Source: Thermoplasmatota archaeon (GTDB lineage: Archaea; Thermoplasmatota; Thermoplasmata; Halarchaeoplasmatales; Halarchaeoplasmataceae). Taken from it: a stretch of 64,000 bases of DNA. The notes beneath the pieces were generated by a model that was not told where the DNA came from, ran no database searches, and saw only the letters and a list, made by a program, of their open reading frames with translations. Position numbers and translations under genes: made by a program. The DNA lies in contig JAGXLF010000001.1 of NCBI GenBank assembly GCA_018334835.1, positions 32,879 to 96,878 of the forward strand. The letters are read 5' to 3'. Shown here in pieces: positions 54,882 through 63,737 of this stretch (the first letter of the stretch is position 1; every line of letters starts with the position of its first letter).

Positions 54882-55850
54882 TCATCGCCAAGTGACTTCT
54901 ACTTCGTCAGTTCGAAATTTTTGTTTTATATTACTTTCTTCTACAGAGATCGAGGTACCGGAATCGTACATCAGATGGCCGGTCCATGCGATCATCGCGG
55001 GGTTATCTACGCAGTACTCAGCTTCGGGCACATACCAATTGGCTCCTCTTTCCTTTGTCATCGTTTCGATCATCGATTGCAGTCTTTTGTTTTGTACGAC
55101 ACCTCCTCCGAGTAAGACTTCATCTTTGCGGACGTGGGCCAAAGCTCTCTCTGTGACCTCTGTAAGCATAGCGAAAGTGGTTTCTTGGAGTGAATAACAT
55201 AGGTCCTGAAGAGGTGCATCCTTATTCAAAGCCGCTGTCATTATACCGGAGAATTCGACGTCCATTCCTTTAACACTATAGGGTAGATCCACCAATTTCT
55301 CGCCCTGCTTAGCCTTCTCCTCGATGAGAGGTCCAGCCGGAAAAGGCATGCCCTTTTCTCTGCCGAATTTGTCCAACATATTTCCCAGCCCGATATCTAA
55401 GGTTTCACCGAAGACTCTGTATCTTCCCTTGCTGAAAGCTATAACCTGTGTGTTACCTCCCGAGACGTACAATAAGATCGGATTTTCGGCTTCAGTTCTA
55501 AGTCTACCGATCTCCAGATGGGCTATACAATGATTAACTCCCACGAGAGGTACACTTAAAGAAAGGGATAAGCTCCTAGCGGCTGTCGCTGTAGTTCTCA
55601 AACATGGACCTAATCCAGGGCCTTGTGAAAAAGCCACCACGTCTATATTTTCTTTTTTAATGTTTGCTCTGTCTATGGATCTCTTGATCGTTTTTATCAC
55701 GTGAGAAGCGTGATGATTAGCTGCTTCCCTCGGGTGGATTCCCTCTTTTTCCTTATAAGTTTTTGAAACTTTAGAAAGGATCTCGCCTGAGTCAGTCACT
55801 ATACTCGAACCTATGGTGTGAGCTGTACCCTCTAGGCCCAACACATACAT
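54882..55850 (-). CDS. kae1: tRNA t6A threonylcarbamoyltransferase Kae1 (not fused to Bud32)
   Basis: LGLEGTAHT, the metal-binding HCIAH, and an ASKHA fold. At 322 aa the kinase domain is absent. Confidence 0.92.
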   Translation of the reverse strand: MYVLGLEGTAHTIGSSIVTDSGEILSKVSKTYKEKEGIHPREAANHHASHVIKTIKRSIDRANIKKENIDVVAFSQGPGLGPCLRTTATAARSLSLSLSVPLVGVNHCIAHLEIGRLRTEAENPILLYVSGGNTQVIAFSKGRYRVFGETLDIGLGNMLDKFGREKGMPFPAGPLIEEKAKQGEKLVDLPYSVKGMDVEFSGIMTAALNKDAPLQDLCYSLQETTFAMLTEVTERALAHVRKDEVLLGGGVVQNKRLQSMIETMTKERGANWYVPEAEYCVDNPAMIAWTGHLMYDSGTSISVEESNIKQKFRTDEVEVTWR

Positions 55851-55873
55851 AATAAAAAGAAGAAAAAATGTTT

Positions 55874-56020
55874 TTATTCGGGTTTACCTATCCTATAGAC
55901 GCCTGTACCGCAGTCGGGACATTCGCCTTTTATCGCAGGCTTTCCGTTTTTCATCTCGGTTTCTTCCGGGTTTTTAACTTCGACCTTTTCGCCACATTTG
56001 ACGCAATATGCTTTGACCAT
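55874..56020 (-). CDS. Small zinc-ribbon protein (DUF5679-like), 48 aa
   Basis: Hand translation: MVKAYCVKCGEKVEVKNPEETEMKNGKPAIKGECPDCGTGVYRIGKPE. Below the ORF-track cutoff. Confidence 0.65.
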   Translation of the reverse strand: MVKAYCVKCGEKVEVKNPEETEMKNGKPAIKGECPDCGTGVYRIGKPE

Positions 56021-56126
56021 TTTCTTCACTCACGAGGGGATTGTTAAAAGACTATTAAAGCTTTACTTTCAAAATTGACATACGCCTCACCCTGAAGATG
56101 GTAAGTTTTTCCTAGGTCTGTGTAAA

Positions 56127-56470
56127 GACCAGGTGACCGATGTAAGCCCCTTTCTGTTTGATTATCAGCCGACATTCACCTGCGCGTCCTACCTGCCGAT
56201 CGCGGAAAGCTCATCTCGGCCATTTGGACTTGCTCCGGTGGGGTAAAGTGGCCGTTTCATCGCTCCCCTCAAATCTCAGCTCTGCAGGTTAACTCATCTG
56301 CCTTGCGGCAGACTTCGCACGCATCACAGCTCCTTGAAGGACGTGTCGTTTCTGCGCCCTGAACCGTGGTTCTCACCACACCAGTTTGTACTGATCCACC
56401 TTTCCTTTGGAGAGGGGACTTTCCTCAGGTTCTTTATAAGATCCCGTCGGTCGGCCACGGTCTCCTGGTC
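56127..56470 (-). ncRNA. rnpB: RNase P RNA, type A
   Basis: The reverse strand carries CR-I GAGGAAAGUCCCC, CCACCGGAGCAAGUCCAAAUGGCC (compare E. coli CCACCCGGAGCAAGGCCAAAUAGG), AGGUGAAU, and CR-V ACAGAAAGGGGCUUACAUCGGUCA. P1 pairs 5' GACCAGG with 3' CCUGGUC. The region is GC-rich relative to its flanks. Ends are good to about +/-10 nt. Confidence 0.85.
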
Positions 56471-56490
56471 AAAAATAGATTGTTACTATG

Positions 56491-56500
56491 ATATATTTAA
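56491..56500 (-). promoter_or_regulatory. TATA-like box upstream of RNase P RNA
   Basis: Reverse-strand ttaaatatat ends about 20 nt upstream of the predicted 5' GACCAGG. Confidence 0.35.
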
Positions 56501-56544
56501 TCCTTCCGTTTTACTCGAATTTGAAAATGACATATTCAAGCAGA

Positions 56545-56793
56545 TTAATCTTTTGAGTTAATTTCAAAAGAGTCAGTGCATCTTAACTTCCAAGACCCGG
56601 TTTCGCTCTCATATCTCACATAGCCTTCTAGGACCGCGGGACTTCCTATCATGTCTCTTTCTTCATCATATAACTCCTCTATGATCTCACATAGAAGTTC
56701 ATATCTTTGCTCTTCCAAGTCTGTGAGAATTACTGTAGGGATTTGAGCGGAGTCATCATTTTCTATGATCTCACCTTTAACTTTGACTTTCAT
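56545..56793 (-). CDS. Hypothetical small acidic protein
   Basis: 82-aa ORF overlapping the upstream OB-fold gene by 4 nt. Last gene of the cdc6-2 co-directional trio. Confidence 0.45.
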   Translation of the reverse strand: MKVKVKGEIIENDDSAQIPTVILTDLEEQRYELLCEIIEELYDEERDMIGSPAVLEGYVRYESETGSWKLRCTDSFEINSKD

Positions 56794-57251
56794 ACCTTCA
56801 TACCTTCATACCATCCTGGGTTTTCTAATATTTCAGATAAGGGTGTAAAGTTCGATATTGCCCTCTCTTGGATAGATAATTCTCCGATAGAGTCGATCCG
56901 CAAGTTCATATCTCCTTCATATTCTTCTAACTTCCCCTCAACCATCACCTTTGCTCCAGGGATCATTTCGTTACTTTTTTCTTCTAGCCCTTCTATAACA
57001 TCTCTCTCGCATACTACTGTCAAGCTCCCTTCATGCCCTTCCTCTTTGATTTCGAATAGGAACATATAACTGAACCACGAAATATCAGAGATGACTCCCT
57101 CTGTCCGTACTCGTGAACCTAAAAGTTTTTCATCTATTTCTGAAACGTTCATCTTTCTAGTGGAATTCTGAGCCGAAAAGATATACAGAGTAGAGATCCC
57201 GACTATAGAAAAGATTACCGCAAATGTGAGGATTTTTTGTTTGTTCAACAT
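56790..57251 (-). CDS. Membrane-anchored OB-fold-like protein
   Basis: N-terminal TM segment (ILTFAVIFSIVGISTLYIF) followed by a ~100-aa beta-rich domain (RVRTEGVISDIS..LTVVCE..KVMVEGKLEEYEG) resembling tRNA_anti/OB folds. Starts 6 nt after the cdc6-2 stop. Confidence 0.5.
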   Translation of the reverse strand: MLNKQKILTFAVIFSIVGISTLYIFSAQNSTRKMNVSEIDEKLLGSRVRTEGVISDISWFSYMFLFEIKEEGHEGSLTVVCERDVIEGLEEKSNEMIPGAKVMVEGKLEEYEGDMNLRIDSIGELSIQERAISNFTPLSEILENPGWYEGMKV

Positions 57252-57257
57252 TTTCTC

Positions 57258-58448
57258 TTATCCATCCTCAATCAGATTCTCTAGTTTCTTTTCGAGTTTT
57301 TCCGCCGTAATATCCGAAAGTGAGACCTTGGTTGTTCTTCCTGAATTTTCCGAGGTGGTCTTGCTCCCGAGCAGTCCCTCGTCCGAAAGGGACTTTAGAT
57401 ATTTCCAGAACTGAGTGTGACCTAGTTTTTCTGTATCGTACTCTTCGCATAATACTTTGTATAATTCCTCTACTTCCCCTGTTATCGTGTAGGCCTGTTC
57501 TTTCAACTTTCTTGTAGAGGCGAGAAGAATCAATTTTTCCTGCTGATTCAACTTTTTCAATCTGCTTTCCGTGAAATAGGGGTCGATCTCGCCTTTAGCT
57601 GACCTGATGTCTTCGGTAAAAATCTCGTTTCTGCCGCTCATCTCGCCGATAAGGGCAGATTTTTCCAACAGCTCTATCCCAAATCGTGCGTCACCTTTTC
57701 CATCTCCTTCTTTACCAGCGATATCAGAGATGAGTTGTATTTTTTTGTCGTCGATAGACCCGGGATGGAATGCCATCTCTACTCTATCTTTGAGGATAGG
57801 GAATAAGTCGTCTGAAGTGTATCTTGGAAACCTGATACGATTACTTCTTTTAAAAGAACTCCTAGCACTCTCTTCGAGGAGCTCAAAAACATTTTTCTGT
57901 GACACTAAAATCATCGAGACACTACCTTCTGGTGATAGCCTTTCCTCGTCAAATCGTGAAAGTAAGTATATCAGATCGGAACCTTCTTTTTGGATGAGCG
58001 GATCGACTTCATCTAAAACCACGAAAAGATGGACGTTTCTTTCTTCTATCTTTTCTTTCACGATCTTCATCATCTCTTCGACGGAGAAACCCCTATCAGG
58101 AAAACCTCTATCGAAATGATGGACGATCTTCCACATCGCAGAGCTATTATTTTTTCTCTTCCTGCAATTCACGAAAACGGTATCGATATTCTGATCCTTT
58201 TTTTTAGACCACTGTTCAAATTCCATACAGAACCTTTTAGCGGTGACCGTCTTTCCAGTTCCCACCGGTCCGTAAATCAAAACATTCTGGGAGACGTTAG
58301 AAGAAACTATGCCCCGGTAAAGTCCGAATAACTTCTGCATCTCCTCCTCCCGGTTGGGAAGTTCCTCGGGGATAAAATCAAAGGAAAGTTTCTCTTGGTC
58401 CTTGATAATGTTACCAGTCGAGTTTTCAAATTTCATATTGGGCCTCAC
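57258..58448 (-). CDS. cdc6: Orc1/Cdc6 replication initiator (paralog 2)
   Basis: Walker A GPVGTGKT, Walker B VVLDEVD, C-terminal winged helix. Confidence 0.9.
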   Translation of the reverse strand: MRPNMKFENSTGNIIKDQEKLSFDFIPEELPNREEEMQKLFGLYRGIVSSNVSQNVLIYGPVGTGKTVTAKRFCMEFEQWSKKKDQNIDTVFVNCRKRKNNSSAMWKIVHHFDRGFPDRGFSVEEMMKIVKEKIEERNVHLFVVLDEVDPLIQKEGSDLIYLLSRFDEERLSPEGSVSMILVSQKNVFELLEESARSSFKRSNRIRFPRYTSDDLFPILKDRVEMAFHPGSIDDKKIQLISDIAGKEGDGKGDARFGIELLEKSALIGEMSGRNEIFTEDIRSAKGEIDPYFTESRLKKLNQQEKLILLASTRKLKEQAYTITGEVEELYKVLCEEYDTEKLGHTQFWKYLKSLSDEGLLGSKTTSENSGRTTKVSLSDITAEKLEKKLENLIEDG

Positions 58449-58554
58449 TCATTTTTGTTAAAGTTATCTCCTATAAAACTATGCCGCTGAATCGCTATTG
58501 CAACTTTTTGTATCGAGTAAAAGCTATGTTCTCTTTTCAGACCTATCATCTTTT

Positions 58555-59199
58555 TCACAGCTTCTTTAAATGCTTCCGAACCCCTTTTATTCTTTCTTCC
58601 TCTACGAGAACCACCATATCTCCTCTCTCTGAAAGTCGGTCGATGTTCTTTGCCATAACTTTTTCACGACGAGCCTCCAATTCTTGAAAACCTTTCAACT
58701 TATTTATCACGCGGTCCCACTTATTTGCGAATTCTACTGGATCATTCGCCTCTATTTTTTTTCTCCCTAGCCCCTTTTCTCTCAATGCTTGTCCAATCCA
58801 TTGAAGGCCAGTAACGTGTTCACAGTAGGCCATAGTATAGTGTTCTTCATCCATATCTAGTGCTTCGATTTCGATCTCGTTTTCCAAACAATGATTCATG
58901 AAAAACGTGTATGACGGAGGCGGGAGAGTTACCTGCCCGAATCTTTTGAGTTTTTCTGCATATATTTTTTCAGGTGTTGAAGGTTCTACATCTGTTTCGA
59001 TATCTTTTCGTTCCATAAATTCTTTAAGTCCTTTTTTTTCTTCCTTAGATATAGGTAAACCCCCTACATCGAATGTTAGTTTTTTAATTTCTTTTTCTAA
59101 CCTTTCAGCCTCTGATACTAATCCCTTGACGATCCCAAAAAGATAGATCTTTGATCTATTTTTGTTAAATTGATATGAGCTAAATGAACTCATCTTCAA
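58555..59199 (-). CDS. Hypothetical protein (weak TraB-family resemblance)
   Basis: 214-aa ORF. The N-terminal KIYLFGIVKGLVSEAERL resembles the TraB start but lacks the GTxH motif. Overlaps the upstream gene by 4 nt. Confidence 0.4.
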   Translation of the reverse strand: MKMSSFSSYQFNKNRSKIYLFGIVKGLVSEAERLEKEIKKLTFDVGGLPISKEEKKGLKEFMERKDIETDVEPSTPEKIYAEKLKRFGQVTLPPPSYTFFMNHCLENEIEIEALDMDEEHYTMAYCEHVTGLQWIGQALREKGLGRKKIEANDPVEFANKWDRVINKLKGFQELEARREKVMAKNIDRLSERGDMVVLVEEERIKGVRKHLKKL

Positions 59200-60140
59200 T
59201 CCTTCCTTTCAGTTAGGAGTTCCGAAACTTCGGCTTTATCATCTATTTTAGAAAGCTCGTCTTTTTCGATCAATGGTATACCCTCTATGTTCATTCGAGT
59301 AGATTTTTTATGTAGGAATATGACGGGGTCCTTTTCTGTAACGTCCGAAAGGTTAGAAACGATCTTTGCTTTTTTCTTCAGCCCCCTGTCTTCCCTAGCT
59401 CCGACCCCGCTCAAAAAGACTTTGTCTTCATCCTCCGTAATCGCTTCGAAAGGACATTCACAGGTGGGAACTATCCTGTATCCTATGGAGAGAAGCGACT
59501 TGAAGATAATTTTCTCCAAGCCAGAATACTGATCTAATGAGATATCGTATTCTTCCGTGTATTCTTCTCGCTCAAAGGGATTGATCGGTAAGATTAGATC
59601 TTCTCCTAGGAACTCTTGTAATCTCAAAGCGACTTCAAGATCTGCACCCATCCCGTCTTCGTATTTTTGTATTGATTTTCGTGATACTCCAGCCACATCT
59701 GCAAGTCTGCTCAGAGGTATCTTTTTTTCTTTCCTAGCTTTTTTTAACAGATCTGAATTCATCTTCACATATAATCCACCTGGGGCCGAAAAAACATAAG
59801 GTGGTATCCCTTCAAGGACCATGTCTTTAAAAGTCTCGGGTGACATCAATGGAATACCTTTTCGAGAATAAACCACGCCCTGTTTCAGCTTTCTTTGGCC
59901 ACCGATACAGGAGATGAATAGAGGTGAAGCATCGAGTGCGTCGTTCAAGATTTTCAACTGCTCAGAATCTCTCATCCGAGAGCTGTCCGCATTCACTGAG
60001 ATACTGATGACGAATAAACGGTCGTCCCTTCGGGCTATGATGTCAAAGGGCATAATGTCTTGGTACTCTCTTTTTGAAAGGTAGAATCCTGCTTTAGAAA
60101 GTACCTCCCTCACTTCTTCGATAAGTTGAAGTCGGTTCAT
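59196..60140 (-). CDS. Archaeal HTH (XRE-type) transcriptional regulator, COG1395-like
   Basis: Central HTH IPLSRLADVAGVSRKSIQKYEDG flanked by N- and C-terminal domains. TATA ctttatatag lies about 28 nt upstream of the ATG, suggesting a leaderless transcript. Confidence 0.65.
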   Translation of the reverse strand: MNRLQLIEEVREVLSKAGFYLSKREYQDIMPFDIIARRDDRLFVISISVNADSSRMRDSEQLKILNDALDASPLFISCIGGQRKLKQGVVYSRKGIPLMSPETFKDMVLEGIPPYVFSAPGGLYVKMNSDLLKKARKEKKIPLSRLADVAGVSRKSIQKYEDGMGADLEVALRLQEFLGEDLILPINPFEREEYTEEYDISLDQYSGLEKIIFKSLLSIGYRIVPTCECPFEAITEDEDKVFLSGVGAREDRGLKKKAKIVSNLSDVTEKDPVIFLHKKSTRMNIEGIPLIEKDELSKIDDKAEVSELLTERKD

Positions 60141-60226
60141 CGATATTTTAATTTACTCAGAGGTTCTATATAAAGATAACGTGGATCGTGGGCGCCTCCA
60201 ACAAAATTTATCAGAAAATCAAATAG

Positions 60227-60922
60227 TCAATCCTCGAAATAGAGTTCCCAATAGACCGTTGAGGCAAGCAATTTTTGATTTTCAGATATCTTTTCATCGA
60301 GTTCATTCACTTTCTCTCCGATGTCTAGTGGTAGAGATTGGTAAAAACCGTAGGGGATGATGAATTTCGGATAGAAATTCACCTCTTTAATCACGGCTAG
60401 ATCAGAAAATTTTTTTTTCAAAAGTGAATTGGAATAAAGACTGCTTCCCTGCGGCAGGGCCCATTGGTACAAAATCCTTAGACTGAGCGGATGGAGGCTT
60501 TCGAAAACGAATTTGTCTTTTGTGACTCTTTCGACTTCGAGGACAAAATCCTTTATTTTTTTCTGATCTAATAGATGGAAAAACCTCATACTTATGGTGA
60601 TATCGAAGGCTTTAGCTTTGAATGGTAGGTTTAAAGCATCTCCTTGAATACTTTCGACTTCGTTCTGCATCAACATTTCTCTACTCGCATCTAGACCTAT
60701 TACTTGTCCCTCTTTGCTCGAGAGAAATTCGGCGAAACGACCCGTACCTGTAGCGATATCCAAAATTTTTTTGTCTTTTGGATCTACCAGAGATAGGAGC
60801 ATCTTTTTTTCCCTGAAATCTAGAACTTTACCTCCACCGGTGAATCTGCTCTCATCGTAGCTCTCTGCTATCTCTTCCTCTCTGTACCATTTTTGACCCG
60901 TTTTGAACATATTTGACCTCAA
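60227..60922 (-). CDS. Class I SAM-dependent methyltransferase
   Basis: Motif I LDIATGTGRF. Confidence 0.75.
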   Translation of the reverse strand: MRSNMFKTGQKWYREEEIAESYDESRFTGGGKVLDFREKKMLLSLVDPKDKKILDIATGTGRFAEFLSSKEGQVIGLDASREMLMQNEVESIQGDALNLPFKAKAFDITISMRFFHLLDQKKIKDFVLEVERVTKDKFVFESLHPLSLRILYQWALPQGSSLYSNSLLKKKFSDLAVIKEVNFYPKFIIPYGFYQSLPLDIGEKVNELDEKISENQKLLASTVYWELYFED

Positions 60923-61036
60923 GGTTGGAATGTTAGAGGTTGATACACAATTTAAATGTTTTCTGAATATTTCTTTAGGAAACCGGCAAAAACTATATTA
61001 CCCCAAGTATTTATAGGAAATTGTTTGGTGGGACAA

Positions 61037-61906
61037 ATGGGCAGTAAAAAGGATACGAAGAAAAAGCTCTCTGGCGTAGACCTAGCCCAGAAAATAGATG
61101 ATTGTACTTTCGAAAGTACGTTTTTCAATAAGGAAGAGAACAATAGCTACGGGCACTTCAGCAGCGTTATAAAGGAAATAAAGGATGGTGAAGGGGGTAC
61201 CAGTCACTTGGTTAAAATAAGACCTCCGCTCTTTTATTTGAATGGGATATTGAGTAACATCTCTCGTTTACTATCCAGCACTAGTTCTCGTAAAATCCTC
61301 GATAATAAGCGATGGAGTCTTCGAGAAAAGGAGTACCTAGAGGCTATAAATCCAGACTTTGAAATAGACGATACAGTTTATGATAACGCAATACTGATGG
61401 AAAAGATAGATGGAAAAGTAGCCTATGATATACTCGATTCTGACGAGGTAACTAAAAAGGAAAAATTGTATGCTATCCAGAAAATATCTAAAGGTCTGAT
61501 GGAGATACACCATAAAGATCTTTATCATGGGGAGCCTAACACTCAGAACTGCTTAGTAACCGAAGAGGGAGAGGTATATTGGATTGATTTTGAGATAGAA
61601 TATCATGAAGAGTTATCTCTCATCGAGAAGAAGGCTAAAGATCTTGAACAGATGCTACTCTCGATTTTAGGTGCATTCGAAGAGGAAGAAGAAAGGAGCA
61701 TAGGCTTGGATGATGAAGAATTGATAGATTTCATCCTTGAATCTTATGGAGATGAGGACGTCATCTCTCATTTTCTAAACAATGCACATGTGCCTTTTTT
61801 TGCTCCGTATCGGATATATCAACTAGCCTTCTGCTCAGCATATCGTTTTTATCAAGTCCAGATCAATCTCCTTAAATATTTGAATTCTTGGGAGTCCGAA
61901 AGTTGA
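61037..61906 (+). CDS. Atypical protein-kinase-like protein (Bud32/RIO/Kdo-kinase-like)
   Basis: HLVKI (VAIK-like Lys), the catalytic loop reads HGEPNTQN, and the DFG position reads IDFE. Start moved to ATG 61037, 22 nt after the TATA tatttata (61008-61015). Confidence 0.6.
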   Translation: MGSKKDTKKKLSGVDLAQKIDDCTFESTFFNKEENNSYGHFSSVIKEIKDGEGGTSHLVKIRPPLFYLNGILSNISRLLSSTSSRKILDNKRWSLREKEYLEAINPDFEIDDTVYDNAILMEKIDGKVAYDILDSDEVTKKEKLYAIQKISKGLMEIHHKDLYHGEPNTQNCLVTEEGEVYWIDFEIEYHEELSLIEKKAKDLEQMLLSILGAFEEEEERSIGLDDEELIDFILESYGDEDVISHFLNNAHVPFFAPYRIYQLAFCSAYRFYQVQINLLKYLNSWESES

Positions 61907-62472
61907 ATGGAGATGAACAGACAACAGATGTATTGATATCGAATCCGTTTGGTAGATTTTTCATCTCTATCTTACCCGCTACTTTTGCTGTCATCATATT
62001 CTATTTTCTGGGACCAGAAATTTATACTCCCGCTTTTCATGTTTTGCTCACTTTCTACTTTGCAGTGGGCGTTGGCTGGATAGTAGCACCGGCTCTTGCT
62101 CTGGCTTCTGGGATGCATCCTCTCGGCGTGGTAATTTGGCTCGTTTTTATTTCATCTCAAAGTTCTTTAATAGTTAGCGCAAATTATTCTCTTTTAGAGA
62201 AGATACCTTGGCTAGGTCTTTATATGGAAAGGCTTCGTAAAAAGGCTAGAAACATCATAGAAGAGAAAGAATTAGTAGAAAAAGTGGAGTATGCGAGCAT
62301 ATTTTGGTTGATGTTTTTACCGGTTTATGGAACTGGCCCGAACGTGATGACGCTCGTTGGAAGATTATTGGGTCTTAGATGGAAAAGTGTGTGGGCAGTA
62401 ATCACTTTTTCGGCATGTGTGAGATTTTCAATCATCACCGCTCTTCTGTACCTCGGCTATGTGAATATCTGA
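61888..62472 (+). CDS. Small polytopic membrane protein (COG2426-like)
   Basis: About 5 TM segments and a YGTGPNVMTLVGRLLGL block. Only TTG starts lie in frame. Overlaps the kinase-like gene by 19 nt. Confidence 0.55.
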   Translation: MGVRKLNGDEQTTDVLISNPFGRFFISILPATFAVIIFYFLGPEIYTPAFHVLLTFYFAVGVGWIVAPALALASGMHPLGVVIWLVFISSQSSLIVSANYSLLEKIPWLGLYMERLRKKARNIIEEKELVEKVEYASIFWLMFLPVYGTGPNVMTLVGRLLGLRWKSVWAVITFSACVRFSIITALLYLGYVNI

Positions 62473-62514
62473 TCTCATCTTTCACCTGACAGCTTCAGGT
62501 ACTTGACCACAACA

Positions 62515-62522
62515 TTTATATA
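62515..62522 (+). promoter_or_regulatory. Consensus-like TATA box (tttatata) with no obvious cognate gene
   Basis: Lies 166 nt upstream of the tfb ATG. A second TATA-like ttaaaata (62661-62668) sits at leaderless distance from tfb. Confidence 0.3.
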
Positions 62523-62687
62523 GTAAAAACTAACAGATTATTGTACAAAGTTAAAAGATGAAAGGGGTGGAGTAAGGAGAGGCTGGGATCTCGAATTTGA
62601 GAAGTCTGATTGGTTTTTGAGATGAAGACAAAATCTCGATTCATCCCGTTTAGGATCAGCTTAAAATAAGTTATAGAGGTGTTATGT

Positions 62688-63641
62688 ATGTCGACTGAAA
62701 CGCGATCTAAGGGAAAAGATAAGCCAATAATCGAAAGGGTAACTGAGTGTCCAGAATGTGGAAGTAGTCAACTTGCCCAAGATTATGACCGGGGCGAATT
62801 CATCTGTGAGGAATGTGGCTTAGTGATAGATGATCAATATATAGACCAAGGGCCTGAGTGGCGAGCCTTTGATATGAAACAGGAGGAAAATCGAGCGAGA
62901 GCAGGTCCAGCGATGACAGAGATGATGCACGACAGGGGTTTATCCACTAAGATAGATGATAGCAATAGAGATTCTCAGGGTAGAGCTCTCTCCAACAGTA
63001 AGAAGTCTCAGATGTATAGACTCAGAAAATGGCAGAGAAGAAGCAGAGTTTCAGGAGCTAGGGAAAGCACTCTTATATCTGCACTTAGTGAAATAAAACG
63101 TCTAGCTTCAACCATGGGCCTCCCCAATCATGTGAAGGAAAGATCGGCTTCTATTTATAGAAAAGCGGTAGAGAAAAATCTTATTCGCGGTAGAAGCGTG
63201 AAGATTGTAGCTACAGCTGTCCTTTATACCGCCTGTAGAGAATTAGACCTGCCAAGGACTCTTGATGAATTTGCAGAAGTGACCGAATTCGACAGAAAGG
63301 AGATCGGTAGGACTTATCGGTTTTTGAAGTGGGAACTAAATATGAAACTTGAGCCTACTAAACCGCAAAACTATTTACAGAAGTTCTGCAACGAATTGAA
63401 ACTAGGCGGCGAGGTAAAAAAGTTGGCAGAACAGATATTGAACAGGGCTGAAGAAGAAGAACTACTCTCAGGAAAAGGTCCGACGGGTTTAGCTGCCGCG
63501 GCTATTTATATAGCAGGTATAAAGGTGGATGAGAGAAGGACTCAGATCGAGATAGCAGATGTAGCAGATGTGACTGAAGTAACGGTCCGTAACAGGTATA
63601 AAGAATTAGCTGATGAACTAGATTTAACTGTAGATGTTTGA
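62688..63641 (+). CDS. tfb: Transcription initiation factor TFB
   Basis: N-terminal zinc ribbon CPECGS..CEECG, a B-reader/linker, and two cyclin repeats. Start at ATG 62688 (the track starts at GTG 62679). Confidence 0.93.
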   Translation: MSTETRSKGKDKPIIERVTECPECGSSQLAQDYDRGEFICEECGLVIDDQYIDQGPEWRAFDMKQEENRARAGPAMTEMMHDRGLSTKIDDSNRDSQGRALSNSKKSQMYRLRKWQRRSRVSGARESTLISALSEIKRLASTMGLPNHVKERSASIYRKAVEKNLIRGRSVKIVATAVLYTACRELDLPRTLDEFAEVTEFDRKEIGRTYRFLKWELNMKLEPTKPQNYLQKFCNELKLGGEVKKLAEQILNRAEEEELLSGKGPTGLAAAAIYIAGIKVDERRTQIEIADVADVTEVTVRNRYKELADELDLTVDV

Positions 63642-63737
63642 AACATCTTTTAATTTCTCTATACCGAAACTACTATCGAGTGATAATATTGTTGATCACT
63701 AAACCAACAATTTATAAGAGCCCTCTGCATCGTTAAT

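Noticed and set aside
56334-56561. 75-aa plus-strand ORF
   Set aside because: It overlaps the RNase P RNA gene on the opposite strand, and its composition is unlike the neighbouring proteins.
58449-58554. Second replication origin next to cdc6 paralog 2
   Set aside because: The spacer is only about 105 bp, with no ORB-like repeats and no extended AT-rich unwinding block.
62545-62625. Candidate C/D box sRNA (agatgaa ... ctgg ... ttgagaa ... ctga) in the tfb upstream spacer
   Set aside because: The box sequences are degenerate, and the spacings (20 nt from C to D', 2 nt from C' to D) do not fit the ~12-nt guide architecture of archaeal C/D sRNAs.
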